Below are positions 11,035 through 24,819 of a DNA stretch of 64,000 nt, piece after piece; positions within the stretch are counted from its first letter, which is position 1, and the number at the start of each line of letters is the position of its first letter. A model generated the notes under the pieces. The model was not told the DNA's origin, made no database searches, and worked only from the letters and a program-made list of their open reading frames with translations. The position numbers and the translations under genes were made by a program. The DNA is taken from positions 1 to 64,000 of IMG/VR virus record IMGVR_UViG_3300032167_000083. One strand, 5' to 3'. This DNA is from a virus (Duplodnaviria; Caudoviricetes).

Positions 11035-11739
11035 TTAATGTTGTCTAAACACTACATCTTTTGTAGTATGCCAACATTTGTAACAAGTACTACAGCAACC
11101 AGTTCCATCTTGACAACAGAATGCATCTTTAGGAATTTCTGGATTTCTTGATTTATCATCAAAATCCACATAGGCAATTTGAAGATTAAAAGGATTATCA
11201 ATAATCCAATTTTTATCCCAAGCTGAAAAGTATATTTTTAAATTTTTGGGAATTTCATTATTAGTCTGTAAATATAAATTAACAATATCGTATTTTTTAG
11301 TATACATAAGAAACTTTACTTTTGGATTTTCTTTACAAACTTTAATAATACCTAAAAAGAAATCATAATCTGGTATATCCCCACTATCGAAAACCCTACA
11401 ATAGCAATATCCTGAAAACTTAAAGTAAGCAGACCATTTATCGAAGAATTCATTTCCTAATTCATGATACAATCTTAAATTCTTACAATAAGTTCCATAA
11501 ATGTTTGCAAATGCTTGAGGACCTTTATTACAATAGCAACCAACTCTACATGGAGCATCAGGTCTACAAGTTATAACATTTGGCATTGATAATCCACACA
11601 CTTGAGAACCCAATTTACGATTACCAGTTGCTATAGTGATTTCATCATTAATGTTGCAATAGTAATCAACTTTTTGTTCTCTTGTCCATTTTTCATTTCT
11701 CATTTGTTCCTTTGCAACCTTTTTGTTTTCATTGTTCAT
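11035..11739 (-). CDS. Gp88-like Cys-rich protein
   Basis: GNRKLG, TCRPDAPC..GCY, RVFDSGD, YTK and C-terminal C..C..CW motifs; ATG after AAAGGAG. Confidence 0.65.
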   Translation of the reverse strand: MNNENKKVAKEQMRNEKWTREQKVDYYCNINDEITIATGNRKLGSQVCGLSMPNVITCRPDAPCRVGCYCNKGPQAFANIYGTYCKNLRLYHELGNEFFDKWSAYFKFSGYCYCRVFDSGDIPDYDFFLGIIKVCKENPKVKFLMYTKKYDIVNLYLQTNNEIPKNLKIYFSAWDKNWIIDNPFNLQIAYVDFDDKSRNPEIPKDAFCCQDGTGCCSTCYKCWHTTKDVVFRQH

Positions 11740-11868
11740 TGTTAATTTTCTCCTTTCGATTTTACCATCCATAAATGGATTTGTTAATAGTTCAGGACCG
11801 AGATTCTTTAACGTGATTTTATTACTCTTTATTCCTTACACGCAGTTTGAGCATAACAATATTGTACA

Positions 11869-14104
11869 TTATTCCTCCTTTTCTTTATTTTCTTCTAATT
11901 CTTTTAAATAATCTTCTACAGTATAATTCTTAACATATTCTAATGTTTCTATATGATCTTTATATGCTTGTTTAAGATTATTGATATTTTCATCAAATTC
12001 TTTTTGAGTCATAGGAGTATAAGAATAATCTGAAAATAACTTACCTATTTCTTGTATTTTAATACGAGCATTAAAATGCAAATTACCAAGATATTTCACA
12101 TTTTCTTTACCATATAATTCATTCCCATTATCATCAATTAAATAAAATATTTTAAAAATTGAATCTCCTTCTTTTTTATATTTATATTCAATATTAAAAT
12201 CAGATAATGGAAGATATAAATCATAAGTCACATCTCCAAAACTATCATCATATTTAATGACAAATGGTTGATTTTTAGAAAAATCCATTTTAATTTTTCT
12301 CTTAATTGGTTTAGATGTTGATAGCCTAACATCAAAAGAGGTATTTGAAAATTCTGAATTAAACCAACCATGTCCTGTTTGATAGACAACATCATTATTG
12401 TCATAAAATAAGATATTATTTAATTTATATCCTATATCTCCTACATGAGCAAATAAAGGCTGATACCAAGAATTTGATTTATATAAAACTATCGTATTTG
12501 TTTTTTCTGTATTTTTCATAATATTATCATCTCCTTTCAAATTAACCATAAATTTCTTTTAAATATGGAACTAAACTTCTTGTATATCTTGTGATATCCT
12601 TTTTAGTTAATGTTCGATTTAATATTTTAGGAACAATTTGAGTATCCCAATATTTATCATCTTTTAACTCTCTAAAAGTATAATAATTTGTTCCATCATG
12701 ATGATGTTCAGTACATTTAACATCATATCTATCATAATACCAATGAGCATCATCAAAAGAACCAATTTCAAAAATATGATTAAGATTAGAACCAAGAAGT
12801 TTACAAGCTTGTTTTCTACCATCCCATAATCCTAAATCTGCAATAATGATAATTTTATTATCCAAATATTTATCAAGATTTGTAGCTTCATCATCAAGCA
12901 TCCATCTATTTTCTTCAACAATAAGTTCATATTGTTTATCTTCATCATTAATAGCTTCAGGATGCATTTCTTCTATCCATTCTTTCCAATCTTCGAGATT
13001 GATTTCGCTATTCCAAATAGTTTTTTGTTTTAGTGTCTTTGTTTTCATAATTATTACTCCTCCTCTTCATCTTCATCTTCATCTTCATCTTCATCTTTAT
13101 TATAAATGTAATTGTCTAAAGCATCTGATAAAGACTCCAATCTTTCATCTTTCCAATCCTGATCATCTAATAAAGCTCTAATAGAATTAGGAATTCCATT
13201 TTTTCCTCTATTTTGAATATACAATTCAGCTTCATCTTCTGGGTCAAATCCTACATAATAATCTCTAACTTCATTAACAAAATCTTTTTCAGTTTCATCA
13301 AAGACAATACACACCCACCAATCTTCTCCTAATGGAGTTGATTGATTCAAATCAGCACAATAGCCATTTGGTTGTTTATCAACTTGTACTGAAAATCCTT
13401 CCTTTTCAATTACCTCAATAATTTCTTTGCTTAATGGTTTCATTTTTCATTTCTCCTTTTCTTTTTTTATTATAAAAAGAGGGTTTCATTAAACCCTCTC
13501 ATTATTCTTTATATCCTCGATTTATTAATTCTTCTTCTGCTAAATCCCAAATATCATCCAATGTTGCATCATCTGCTTTATCGAGATATCCATCAAATAC
13601 ACAATCACAGATTTCTTCATATTCTTCTTCAGTTATATCACACCCAAGAGGAAGTAATACATCTACTGTATCTGCAATTACTGGTTGTAATAAAAGTATT
13701 CCATTATCATTTAAGAATTTTATCATTTCAGAATATTTTATTTTTTTCTTTTCTGTAGAATTTGTGTTTTCTGTTACTATATCATAATATGAAACATCCC
13801 AATAATCATCTCCATCCCACATTCTTATAATAGCATCATGATCTCCATCTAAATCAGCAATAAATACTCTAGTGTGTGGTGTATTATTAGCATCTGGTTC
13901 ATTTAATGATGATAATTCATCATTCATTGAATGTAACATATAAATCTCTGCTTCTTCTCGTGTTGTAAAATTTATATCTGTTCCAATTTCTTCTTCATAA
14001 GATTTAATTTCTGGATTATAATCCATTGCAGTTAATATAATTTTATAAGTCATTTTATTATTCTCCTTTTCTGTAATAATTGTGTTTTTTTCTAAATTTT
14101 TCAT
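11869..14104 (-). CDS. four hypothetical genes (11869-12549, 12542-13048, 13054-13443 with DE-repeat tail, 13502-14104)
   Basis: Co-oriented ORFs of 129-226 aa with RBSs. Confidence 0.7.
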
Positions 14105-14751
14105 ATTGTATCTCCTCTCTCAATTAACTCATAATTATCTTCAAAACATTCCATCATTCGTTTTGAAAAATAACTATTAGTATTTAATATAAACCAACGA
14201 GTCCTATTCCCCCATTTTATTTTTATTAATTTTACAACATCTCCTTCTTTACGATATTTTGTATCCCAAGGCAATACTACTTGAATAATAGTATCTTCAG
14301 GAAGATTTTTTAAAGCATTAGGACTTTTTTGTTTTTCAATCTTGTCATAGCATTTTTTCCTCCATTCCTTTGCATATTCACTATCTGTTGGACTCAAAAC
14401 ATCTAAAATACTTTTAGGACAATCATAAGAGTAAGGTCCAACTGTTTCGTCCATATCTTTATAACTAAAATTATAATAATCTTTCATATTAGTAGATGTT
14501 AAGAATATAACAGCAAAAGTTTCTTGTTCAGATGGAGGAATATCAGTATATTGATATTCCCCTTCTTCATTTTTACCAGTACATTTTTTTAATGTTTTAA
14601 CAGCAGCATAATATGTTGAACCAACCATTCTTGATTTCACTACTTTGAAGTGTCCTTCATTCAAACCTCCTTCCCAATAGTAATCACATTCTGCTTTTCT
14701 ATCAACTGTTCCATTTTTATAATGTGTGGCATGTATTCCTGTCCAACCCAT
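14101..14751 (-). CDS. DUF6927-like protein
   Basis: MGW start; YKDMDETVGP..DCPKSILD.LSPT.SEYA.EWR motif. Confidence 0.65.
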   Translation of the reverse strand: MGWTGIHATHYKNGTVDRKAECDYYWEGGLNEGHFKVVKSRMVGSTYYAAVKTLKKCTGKNEEGEYQYTDIPPSEQETFAVIFLTSTNMKDYYNFSYKDMDETVGPYSYDCPKSILDVLSPTDSEYAKEWRKKCYDKIEKQKSPNALKNLPEDTIIQVVLPWDTKYRKEGDVVKLIKIKWGNRTRWFILNTNSYFSKRMMECFEDNYELIERGDTI

Positions 14752-14768
14752 AATTAATTCCTCCTTTA

Positions 14769-16402
14769 TTATAAATATTCTTTAATTTGAATCAAATCGA
14801 CAATATTTTCAAGATGCTCAATTTTATCTTGATCTTCCATATATTCATGATTTACTTGATAATAATCAATTAATTTATTTATTGTACTATCTATAACTTC
14901 ATACACTGTTCTTCCTGATATTGTATATATCTTTTTGTTTGTATTAAATTTTAAATCTCTTGGATTCATATCATTCTCTCCTTTTTGTATATTTCATATT
15001 CTTCGTTTGTCAACAATTCTTTCATATAATCTTTATCTTGATATTCGTTATCTAAAAATTCTGGATAACAAACCCATACAATATCATTAAAACCTGTAAA
15101 GATTTCAAAATCATCTAAACATTCTTGTAAGGACATTGATGGATCATCATTATGAATTTCTTGTATTTTATCAATTAAATCTTCTAATGTGTACCCATGT
15201 TTTAACATCCAATCAAGCTTATATTTATTAAAAGCTATCTTTTTAATATTCATAATTTTATTCCTCCTTAATGTAATTCATTTAAAGTTGTATTTGTGAA
15301 ATGTTTTATTGTATCTTTTAAGAATTCATAATCATTTTTCACATCTTCAAGATAACCAATATAATTCCACAAATCTGTAATATTTCTACAACCGCATTTT
15401 TCTAATAATTTATTTAAATCATTCATATTTATTCCTCCTTAATACACATTCACTATTTTATCTAACCCAAGAGTCATCATTTCAGGCTTTTCCGCTTGTT
15501 GTTTCCAGAAGCTTGGTTGCATCACACCTTTTTCTTGAAGTTCTTGTTTAGAAATAGGCATACCATTTAACAAATACATTGTTGTTGGTTTACCATGATT
15601 TGGATATAATGCGACATAATATTGTTCTTTTGTATTATGTTTTAAAAGCATTTTATCTACGTGATGATACCAAGGTTGTTTATCTGATGGAATATAATTT
15701 GGTTGACTTCTTCTTGCAATTACTGTTTTTAAATTGGAATAATTAATTCCTTTTCTTACTGAAATAGTTGTTAATTTTGTAACATTATAACCTTTAAAAG
15801 CAGCACTTACTTTACTATTACAATCTGTATAATACTGAATTCTAAAATAAGCACCATTTCTTTTTGCATCAAGTGCTTTCAATGTGTTGATTTCTTTTGT
15901 TGATAAATTTAATCCTATTCTTGTGGTTTTCATAGTTTTAATCTCCTTTATTTTTAATTTATTATTGTATTTGTGAATAATTATATTTTACATCTTTATA
16001 ATCCTTTATATAATCAAGAATTCTTTCAATGTTTTGCCAATGAGATAGTTCACTATCAGCTACTTTTTGATAAATAATAAATATTGTATTAACATCTTGT
16101 TCAATTAAATGGAAATCATCTTCTGAAACATTATGTCTCTCAGATAATATATAAAGAAAATCATTTAGAATATCTTCTTTTTCTATCTCATTCTGATAAT
16201 GTTCTACAATTTCGTGCCCTGCTAAATCAATAGTCAATGGTATAATTTTTGTTTTATATCCATCTCTAATTGCAACAAGTTGTTTATTTTCGGCAGTATT
16301 CATTGTTTCAAATAGTTGATACCATTCTTTATTATCTTTTGTAGTTCGTAATAAATATCTTTTAATCATAATAATTTCTCCTTTTGGGTAAATATTTTTC
16401 AT
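14769..16402 (-). CDS. five small hypothetical genes (14769-14969, 14966-15253, 15268-15426, 15439-15933, 15962-16402)
   Basis: Co-oriented ORFs with GGAGG RBSs. Confidence 0.65.
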
Positions 16403-16409
16403 TTTAGTA

Positions 16410-16593
16410 TTGACAATTGTAAAAAATTATGTTATAATATTGATAATGAGTGAGTTTGTGAGCCTCACTCATCATAATATTATTTATGAATTATCTGCAA
16501 GCAGGAGCAGAAAACTCACTACGATTTTCGCTGATAATAATCTTTTTAGATGTATCAGCTTTGAATGACTTCTGAATGGAGTCATTCTTTTTT
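16410..16593 (+). ncRNA. antisense sRNA candidate 1 with own promoter and terminator
   Basis: TTGACA(16410)-N17-TATAAT, 5' hairpin, AATTATCTGCAAGCAGGA core, terminator GAATGACTTC/GGAGTCATTC+T-run. Confidence 0.65.
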
Positions 16594-16610
16594 ATTATCA
16601 AATCACCCAT
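16491..16610 (-). CDS. 39-aa peptide ending PACR
   Basis: RBS AAGGATGTGA + ATG; MGDLIIKKNDSIQKSFKADTSKKIIISENRSEFSAPACR. Confidence 0.6.
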   Translation of the reverse strand: MGDLIIKKNDSIQKSFKADTSKKIIISENRSEFSAPACR

Positions 16611-16692
16611 AATATCACATCCTTTTAATTAAAATCTCAAAATAAAATGCTCACAATCATTCTTTAAAATACAATCATAAACATCACTCCTT

Positions 16693-19600
16693 TTAATCTA
16701 ATTCATTTAATAAACTTAATGGATGTTGCCAATCTACTGATTCAAATAAATATTCAGGATTACACCTTGTTCCATAACATAAATATTCAAAATCTCTTCT
16801 TGTATAACAAGAGTCTACATCGATTTGTTTTTTTTGAGTATCATCTGAATAGCAATATTCAGGAATATAACAAATATATTTATCAGACATATTCTTATAT
16901 TGTCCCAACATCCAAGCTTCATACGATTTATAACCCCAACCTTGACCAATATTTTCAAAACCCATTTCATCTTGAATTTGTCTAAAAGTCATTCCTTTAT
17001 CAATCATATCTTGAACATCTTGTTTTGTGAATAATTTTAACATAATATTTCCTCCTATCTTAATATTCTTTTAAGTTCTTTTACGACTACATGTAAATTT
17101 TCAGGGAAACCATCTTCCCAACCTATATCAAGCATACCATTCCAATTGTTATGATTATTTTTCATTTCATCAAATGGGTCAAACCCAAGAAAATCAGCAT
17201 TATATTTATCACAAAATTGTCTTAATTCTTCTAATCTCTTATCATATTTATTTGAAGTATATGGAATATTTAATTCATATAAATCAGCTAAATTTTGATT
17301 AATATTATTTTTATCTACAATCTTTTGACATTCTTCACAAACAAAATTGTTATTCTCATAATCCAACCAATGACCTTGACATATTGGACATTGAGCACTT
17401 GTACTAACTTTTAACATAATTAATTCCTCCTTTAAAATACGTTTATATTATGAATTTTTCCACAACGAGAACAAACATATAAACCATTCCAATTGTTTTC
17501 TTTAGTTGGTTCTATTTGAATTCCAAACTCATCACATGGAAAGAATCCATCTGTATAAGTTTTATTTCCACATTCACATGATAGTTCTTCTATAAAATCT
17601 TTAATATCAGATGGACTAACTGGTATGTTATGATATAAGCAATCCTCATACCATTTATCTCTTAAAGTATTTTGAATATTATTTTTCATAGTTTATTACC
17701 TCTATTCTATTGTCAAATCTATAAACGAATCATCACGTACTGGACATACAATCTCATCATTATATTCAGAAGTACCAAGTTTTCTATGACTTACTTCCTC
17801 AGGAGTATGTGTATTCATCCAATCCCACACCTGTTCTTCATTTTCTGCTTCAACAAATAATTCAACAGTATGTGTCATTTTGATTTTATATTTACTCATA
17901 ATCCTAATACATCCTTTCCTCTTATTACTTTTTCATATGATGCAATTTCCGCAAGAGTTTTAACACCTGTTAAGGCATGATAATAGAATGTATCATATGT
18001 CATTTGTATATATGCATCAGGAGAATGTTCAGGATAATGAACATACATCAAACAATTAAAATCGATACAATCTCTTTTTTTACCATCTATTTTATGTCTA
18101 CTTACTTTTTGATCAATCATTTTCATTCACCAACTTTCTTAATTCATTTATAGTTATTTGTTCTTTTACCATTGTTGTATGTTTATCATCCCATACATCA
18201 ATATCAATACATACTTGATAATAATTATTTGCAAAATTATGTTTTATTGTTGCTCTAATTGTTTTATAGTTACAATCAAAAAGACCATTATACATATCAT
18301 AATTATAACCTTTTAAATAAATACATAAATTTTCAAAAGTGTCATGAAATTTACTTACTTTATAAACAAGTTCATCATAATCTTTAATAGCTTGTTTATA
18401 TATTTTTTGTTCAATAGAAGAAGGACCTAAATCATACACATCGGTTGGATTTATTTCATCTTCATCTAATGCATTTGATATTGTCATTGCTGTATCGTAT
18501 GTGATTTCTAAATTAAATAAATTCATTAAAATAATCCATCTATCTAAATCAGCAGGATGATAATTCTTCAAAACTGCTTCATCAATTTGATTTTGATATT
18601 TTTCAGCATCAACATAATGCATAATTTGTTCATTTGTTGGATTTGGATCACCATTCTTTTTAATGTAATCAATTATTGTCTGTATTGATAGTTTTGTCAT
18701 CTTTCATTTCTCCTTTTAGTTATACGAAATATTTTCATCTTTAAACACTATTGTAATTTCTGTTGCTTCATATGGAACAGCACAGATATCACAATACTCT
18801 TGCCAAATATCTACTCTATAATCTTCTGCATAGAGAGTTATACAATTCATTTTTCTTCATCTCCTTTAAATAGATTATTATTTTGAATATCTTTTATAAT
18901 CTCTTTTAAAGCTCCAACAGAACACTTGTAACTATAATAGTCTCTATGATGTTTCCATTCTTCTTCAACTTCTTCTAATCTTTTCAACTTTTCAACTAAA
19001 TGAGAAAGAGTATAAAATTTATTTAAATAAGCTTTTTTGTATATTTGATAAAATTCATCATAAGTTGTTAATGGTTTATAAGTTGTGAATGATTCATTAG
19101 AAACATCTATATTTTTGTTATATAAACTCATAGTTAATACACATCCTCTCCAATATAGAAACCAGATTCACCATATTCTTTAATTAATGCTCTAAACAAG
19201 ATACAAGCATCTTTAAAGATTTCTTCATTCTCTGCACACATCATTAATTCGTCATCATCTGCTTGATCAGGAATTAAATAAATCCAATCATCACAACATG
19301 GAATTTCGTCATTCATTGATTTAATAATGAGATTCATTGCCTTCATGATTTCGAATTTTTCCATTAGTGTTTTGTTTTTATTTGTTTTCATTATGAATTT
19401 TCCTTTCTTAATTAAAGTATATAGAGAAGTTAAATGCTTCACCCATTTCATAATATGCATTATATTTTTCTAAGACTGCTAATAATTTTGAAATGTCTCC
19501 ATGATAATTTATCCATTCATAGAAGTCACTATCAAATACAACTGTTACTGTTTTTTCATTAGCATATTCAGTCCAGTTCTTGGGTGAATCAATGTCTTTA

Positions 19601-22456
19601 TATTCATAAATACCATTTACTGTACCAATATCATCTTCAAATGGTGGAGAAATTAATTCTCCTTTAAAAACATTCCATTCTTTTTCTGATGATAATGCCT
19701 TATTGTTGAAGAATATGCAAATGTCTGTCCAACAGTAGATAGATTTAACAAATTCAATAATATCTTTTGCAATTTGTTCATTTCTTTCTTGTTCTTTTTT
19801 TGTTAATTTAATCATTATTCTTTTCCTCCGTTTTATATAATACTAATCCATTTTCTCTTTTTATTTCAATCATTTCTGTAGTATCTTCATCCTCAAGAAT
19901 AAATGGTGAATTGATGAAATCACTTAATAAAGCATATTCATATATATGATGATTAAGTTCTGTTTCATATTCTTTTTCCCAATTTTGAGCTTGTTTAATT
20001 ATTGTATCAACATCTATCAAGTCTCTTGAATGAATCATCAAATAACTTTTAATTTCTTCTATTGTCCTTTGATTGTTCATTTTAATCATCCTTTCTTAAA
20101 AATAATATATTTCTTGTTTTATTTTTACATTTTTATCTCTATGAATTTTATTTAATTCTTTTAAATATGTTTCACAGTTATAAATATTGGATACTAATTG
20201 TTGGATATTGTCATTTTCTACAAGATATTCATTAACCTTATAATAAGCCATTTGTAATTCTTTATAACCTGTTGAAGCTCCATTATATTCAGTCATATAT
20301 CCACTTGCTCCAAAAAATGGATTATCATCAAATCCAATAAAGTAAATATTTTCTTCATCATAGGTATATTTTAAATATGTTCCTATAACTTTTTCAATTG
20401 TACCATCGTTCAATTTAATCAACTTCGGTGAACAACTTAATATTTTTGCTCCTTTCTTACTTATTTGTTCAGCGAATTTTGTCAGAGCTAAAGATATTAA
20501 TTGTGAAGCACTTCTAGCATAATGAACATGATCTGTAATTCCTGACATAATTTCTTCAAATGTTTTCATTTTTTATCTCTCCTTTTATATTTTATATTTT
20601 ATATTTTATATTTGAAAAGAGAGGTATTAAACCTCTCTTATTCATTTAATTAAATTATTTTGGAATATATATTTCCAAGCTTCTGCACATGTTTTAAATT
20701 GAGGAACATTACCATTTTTATCATAATATAATTCATTTTTCCAATCAACTAATTCATATTTATAACATTCATTCTTATCGTCAATTCCAGATAAATGCAT
20801 ATTTATACTAGGAGTAATTGGATAATCCATTATATTTTTATAGTTTTGATATAACGATTTGTTCATTTTTAAAACAAGTGATTCAGGGTAAGTACTACCA
20901 TCCTTACAAACTTTTAATCGACTGAGAGAAATACACCAATTATACTTAGCATAATATCCTAATGAATTTGCACGTTGACAATAATAATTAAATTCCGTTA
21001 TGATATTTTCCCAATTATTTTCATCAGGAGTATCTATCCAGATTGATTCACGTCTCCAAACTTCGGAACAGTGCATATCTTCCGTCCATCCTGAAAGAAC
21101 ATACATTATCTGTTCTGTTTCTTCTTTTATTTCTTCTATATCTTTAGATACATTATAATATTCATCTAATATATTAGTAATATAATTATCATGCGTATTA
21201 TTTATAAATTCACTCATACAAGTATATTCTGATTTTGTTTCATCATTATAAAGAGATGATAAGAAATCCTTATACACTTTATGACAAACATAAAATGCTG
21301 TATCTATATCTAATTCTAATTCATTCAATTCTTTTTGTAGAAGATCATAACCCAATACAAAAATATTAAAGTTTTCATAATTTAATTCTTCTGGTTTTAA
21401 TTTATTATTCATATTTTTACATCCTTTCTAATTTCAAATTCCGATTTCATTACCATTAAGCAACTTTAAAATCGCCATTCATAATACTTTCTAATTTACC
21501 TCTACCATCTTCGTCTGCCAACAACCCCACCCAATCATGAGGCAAAATAACTATTGGTTCTGAATACCAACCCTCTAAATCATCAATAAATAATTTCAAA
21601 ACATCATCTGTATTGTTTTCTATGTGTGCAATAAAATCATAGTCGTGCCCTATTGTTTTAACTTCAATTTCTCCATAACCTTCATATTTTGACTTAACTA
21701 CCATAATCCCAATCTCCTTTTCTACTTTAAAATCACTCTTTCATCTGCTTTATTCATTATAAAAGCCGATAATGTTCAAATAGCGTACTAATTCTTCTCT
21801 TGTGTCATAGTGTTCTGTATAGGGCATATCTCCTTTATCAAAATACGCTCTAAATTTTCCATTTTCCTCAACTATTGTTGCAAAAGTCATATCGTCATTT
21901 ACAAAACTATTTTCTTTCATAATATAAACCCTCCTAAATTTTAGTAATAAATCTCTGATTTTATATTTTACCATCCGAAATAAAAATGTTTATTAAAATA
22001 TTCAAGTTTTCCTTTTTTATCTTCTTTAGACAATAACGTAAAACCTAAATCTTCCATCTTTAATCTCAACTTCTTCTCTAAATAGTCACAAACGTCATCT
22101 TGAATGCTTCTTAATTCAATGGTTTTATAATAATGACTTTCCCATCCTTCTTTATTTTCTGGATTATACCAATATAACCCTGCACAATAAAAACTAGTTG
22201 TAGAACATCCAGAAGCATAATTCCAAAATTCTATTATTATAAGTTTTTTTCTTGCCTTTATATCATCTTCTTTAATGTTTGCTCTTAAAAATTTTTCTAA
22301 TTGGTCACTATTCAAATAATTATCGAAATATTCTTTGATTTCTGAAATAACTTCTTGTTTTTTATTATCAGCATTGTTTGATTTTATTCTTAATTCATTT
22401 ATTAAACTCATAATATTTTCTCCTTTCATTATAACAAAACAGGGAGTATATTTCAA
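16693..22456 (-). CDS. run of ~16 small hypothetical genes
   Basis: Tightly packed co-oriented ORFs (65-256 aa) with RBSs; several CxxC Zn-ribbon proteins (17055-17417, 17432-17689). Confidence 0.65.
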
Positions 22457-22475
22457 CTCCCTGTCATAAATTTAA

Positions 22476-23462
22476 TTAAGCAGCTATTCTACTTACAAGC
22501 TGAATAAAATGACTCATTAAAGATGGGTCAAAGGTTACTGCAACAAATTGATTTTCTTTCGCAGTTGATGTCTTTCTGCTTGGTTCTTTATGTGTGATAT
22601 AATCTGAATACGCATTGATTAATCCCCACATAGAGTTTCTGAAATTGCCATTATCATCAGCCTTATAAGCTTTAATAAATTGAGCTTTATTATCTTCAAC
22701 TCTTTGAATTTGAAAATCTTTCATGTCTTGATTAATAGGGAATAATTCATTAATAATTTGTTCAATTTGTTGATTTGATACTTTATTAGTTGCCCAAAAT
22801 TCTGCTTGTTTATTAAGTTCTTTCATATATTCAGCAGTACCTTTTAGAACTCTTGTAGCTTCTTGTAATCTAATTTCAGCCATAGATGAATGTCTTATAG
22901 TTATTGTGTTTGGTGATTCTCTAAATGCTACATTGAATTGATTTTGACATACAATTCTTAATGGACATATTGTTGCTTGTAATTGAAATCTTCCATTATG
23001 AGAATTTCTAAATATCAAATATGGCTGATATGAGTCTCCAAGTATATTCATCTTTTCCATTGAAGCAATGAGATAAATCATACCTGTTTGAGTTTCACCA
23101 ATTTTCTCAAATTTAATATCATCTGACATTTCATCAATAAAACCAAATGCATCTCTGTTTTGTACAATTTGATATTTGTCAGATACAATACCATAAACAT
23201 GATTATCTGTATTTCTAACAGTTGCATTTTGCCCATTGATTACTGTACCATCTGCAAGATATATTGGTTGTTTTTGGACCTCATAATTCAATCCACCAAT
23301 ATTTAATGCTTCTTCAACTGATGTAGCTCCAATTGTTTGTGTTCCAAGATTTGAGAATGTATTTTCTCTTGTTATAATCCTTGAAATAGGTTGTTCTTGT
23401 GGAATAATAATTGTGTTTGTGTTTTCTCTTATGTTTCTGAATTCGTTAATGTTTGTAATCAT
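22476..23462 (-). CDS. DUF932/DUF945 phage/plasmid-like protein
   Basis: L.YEV.K.P, GIVSDKYQIVQN.DAF.F, NSHNG, PLRIVCQN, IRH and WGL.NA motifs; ATG after AAGGAG. Confidence 0.8.
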   Translation of the reverse strand: MITNINEFRNIRENTNTIIIPQEQPISRIITRENTFSNLGTQTIGATSVEEALNIGGLNYEVQKQPIYLADGTVINGQNATVRNTDNHVYGIVSDKYQIVQNRDAFGFIDEMSDDIKFEKIGETQTGMIYLIASMEKMNILGDSYQPYLIFRNSHNGRFQLQATICPLRIVCQNQFNVAFRESPNTITIRHSSMAEIRLQEATRVLKGTAEYMKELNKQAEFWATNKVSNQQIEQIINELFPINQDMKDFQIQRVEDNKAQFIKAYKADDNGNFRNSMWGLINAYSDYITHKEPSRKTSTAKENQFVAVTFDPSLMSHFIQLVSRIAA

Positions 23463-23587
23463 AATATTTCTCCTTCTGTGGTCTTTAGGTGTCACTTAAC
23501 CATTTTTCTTAAGTATTTTTGAGACTGAGGTTCTTTTACGTGATTTTATTACTCTATCTCTACACGCTTTTGTTACAATGATAAATA

Positions 23588-24818
23588 TTATTTTTCACCT
23601 TCTTTCATTTGTTTACTAATTCTATCTAATGATTGTTTAAATGGATCTATACCATGTAATATTCCATCTAAAAAATCCCAATTTGTTGTACCTATCATAT
23701 TCATAACTTTATCTAAATATATAGCTCTTAATCGTTCAGTGCATTCAGCAACTATTGAAGCAGATAATAAATATTTAGAAATTTCTTCATTATTCTCATC
23801 AAATGTATTAAAATCCAAATCAGGACGTTCTGAATGAAGAATAGGAAATTGACTATAATTCATCAAATCCGTAATATGAATTTCATCCTCATCACCCATA
23901 CAATAATCTTTCATGATTTCTTGTTTAATAGAAATATGAAAATAATCTCTTGTAGGATATAAATACAAGTTTGATACAAGTATTTCATTATCATCATCAT
24001 CAGAAGAATCTAACTCTAATATTTGTAATTCTAATATTAAATTAAAATCAAAAACTCTATTTTCTTCAGGAGAATCATATCTATATAATTCTTTAGAAAT
24101 GAATAACATTTGGTCATCTGTGTCATATACTAAATCCCAATAATCCTTCCAATCTGTTCTTGTATGCTTCTGTGGTGTACATCCAAAAACTGTCATATAA
24201 TCACTCATCTTCATCTTCCTCCTCATCATCAAATTCAATATCATCAATATCAAATTCATCTGAATTTTCAACATATTCTGCATCACTTGCCACTGGAATT
24301 TCATCTAAATGATCTTTTGCATATTCATATGCTATTGCATATTGTTCTTCCTCTGACTTTCCTTCCAGAAGAGAAACAGGAATATCGATTCCTGTAGTTC
24401 CTACAAATGTGTACCCCATTGTAATGTATAATCTTTTTGTTTTCATTGTTTTATTTCTCCTTTCTAAATCATCAAGAATTTCAATTGTGGATTTTTCTTT
24501 ATCAACTTTATATATTGGTGGAAGTGTAAGACATTTATCCCATACAATATATTCGGATAATTCATTTGTTCTTACAATATTTACAGCTATAAATATTTCT
24601 TCAGAATCATAATATTCACCATCTTTTTCAATAGTAATATTGACACATAAATTACCATTTGGAAATCTTTCAATTTCACAAGCTTGAAAAATTATATCTT
24701 CAAATTCCTCATTCGTCATCTTGTGGTCTGATTCTAATAGATATTCATGTGGTTCAGTATCACCAAATTCACCATTTAAGAGTGGTTCATAAATATTAAC
24801 ATAATTTTTGAATTCCAT
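23588..24818 (-). CDS. two acidic hypothetical genes (23588-~24208, 24201-24818)
   Basis: ORFs with overlapping stop/start; the second has an internal RBS+ATG at 24446. Confidence 0.65.
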
Positions 24819-24819
24819 A

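Noticed and set aside
13066-13097. (CATCTT)n short tandem repeat
   Set aside because: Simply encodes a DE acidic tail; (TTTATA)n at ~20583 is likewise a microsatellite
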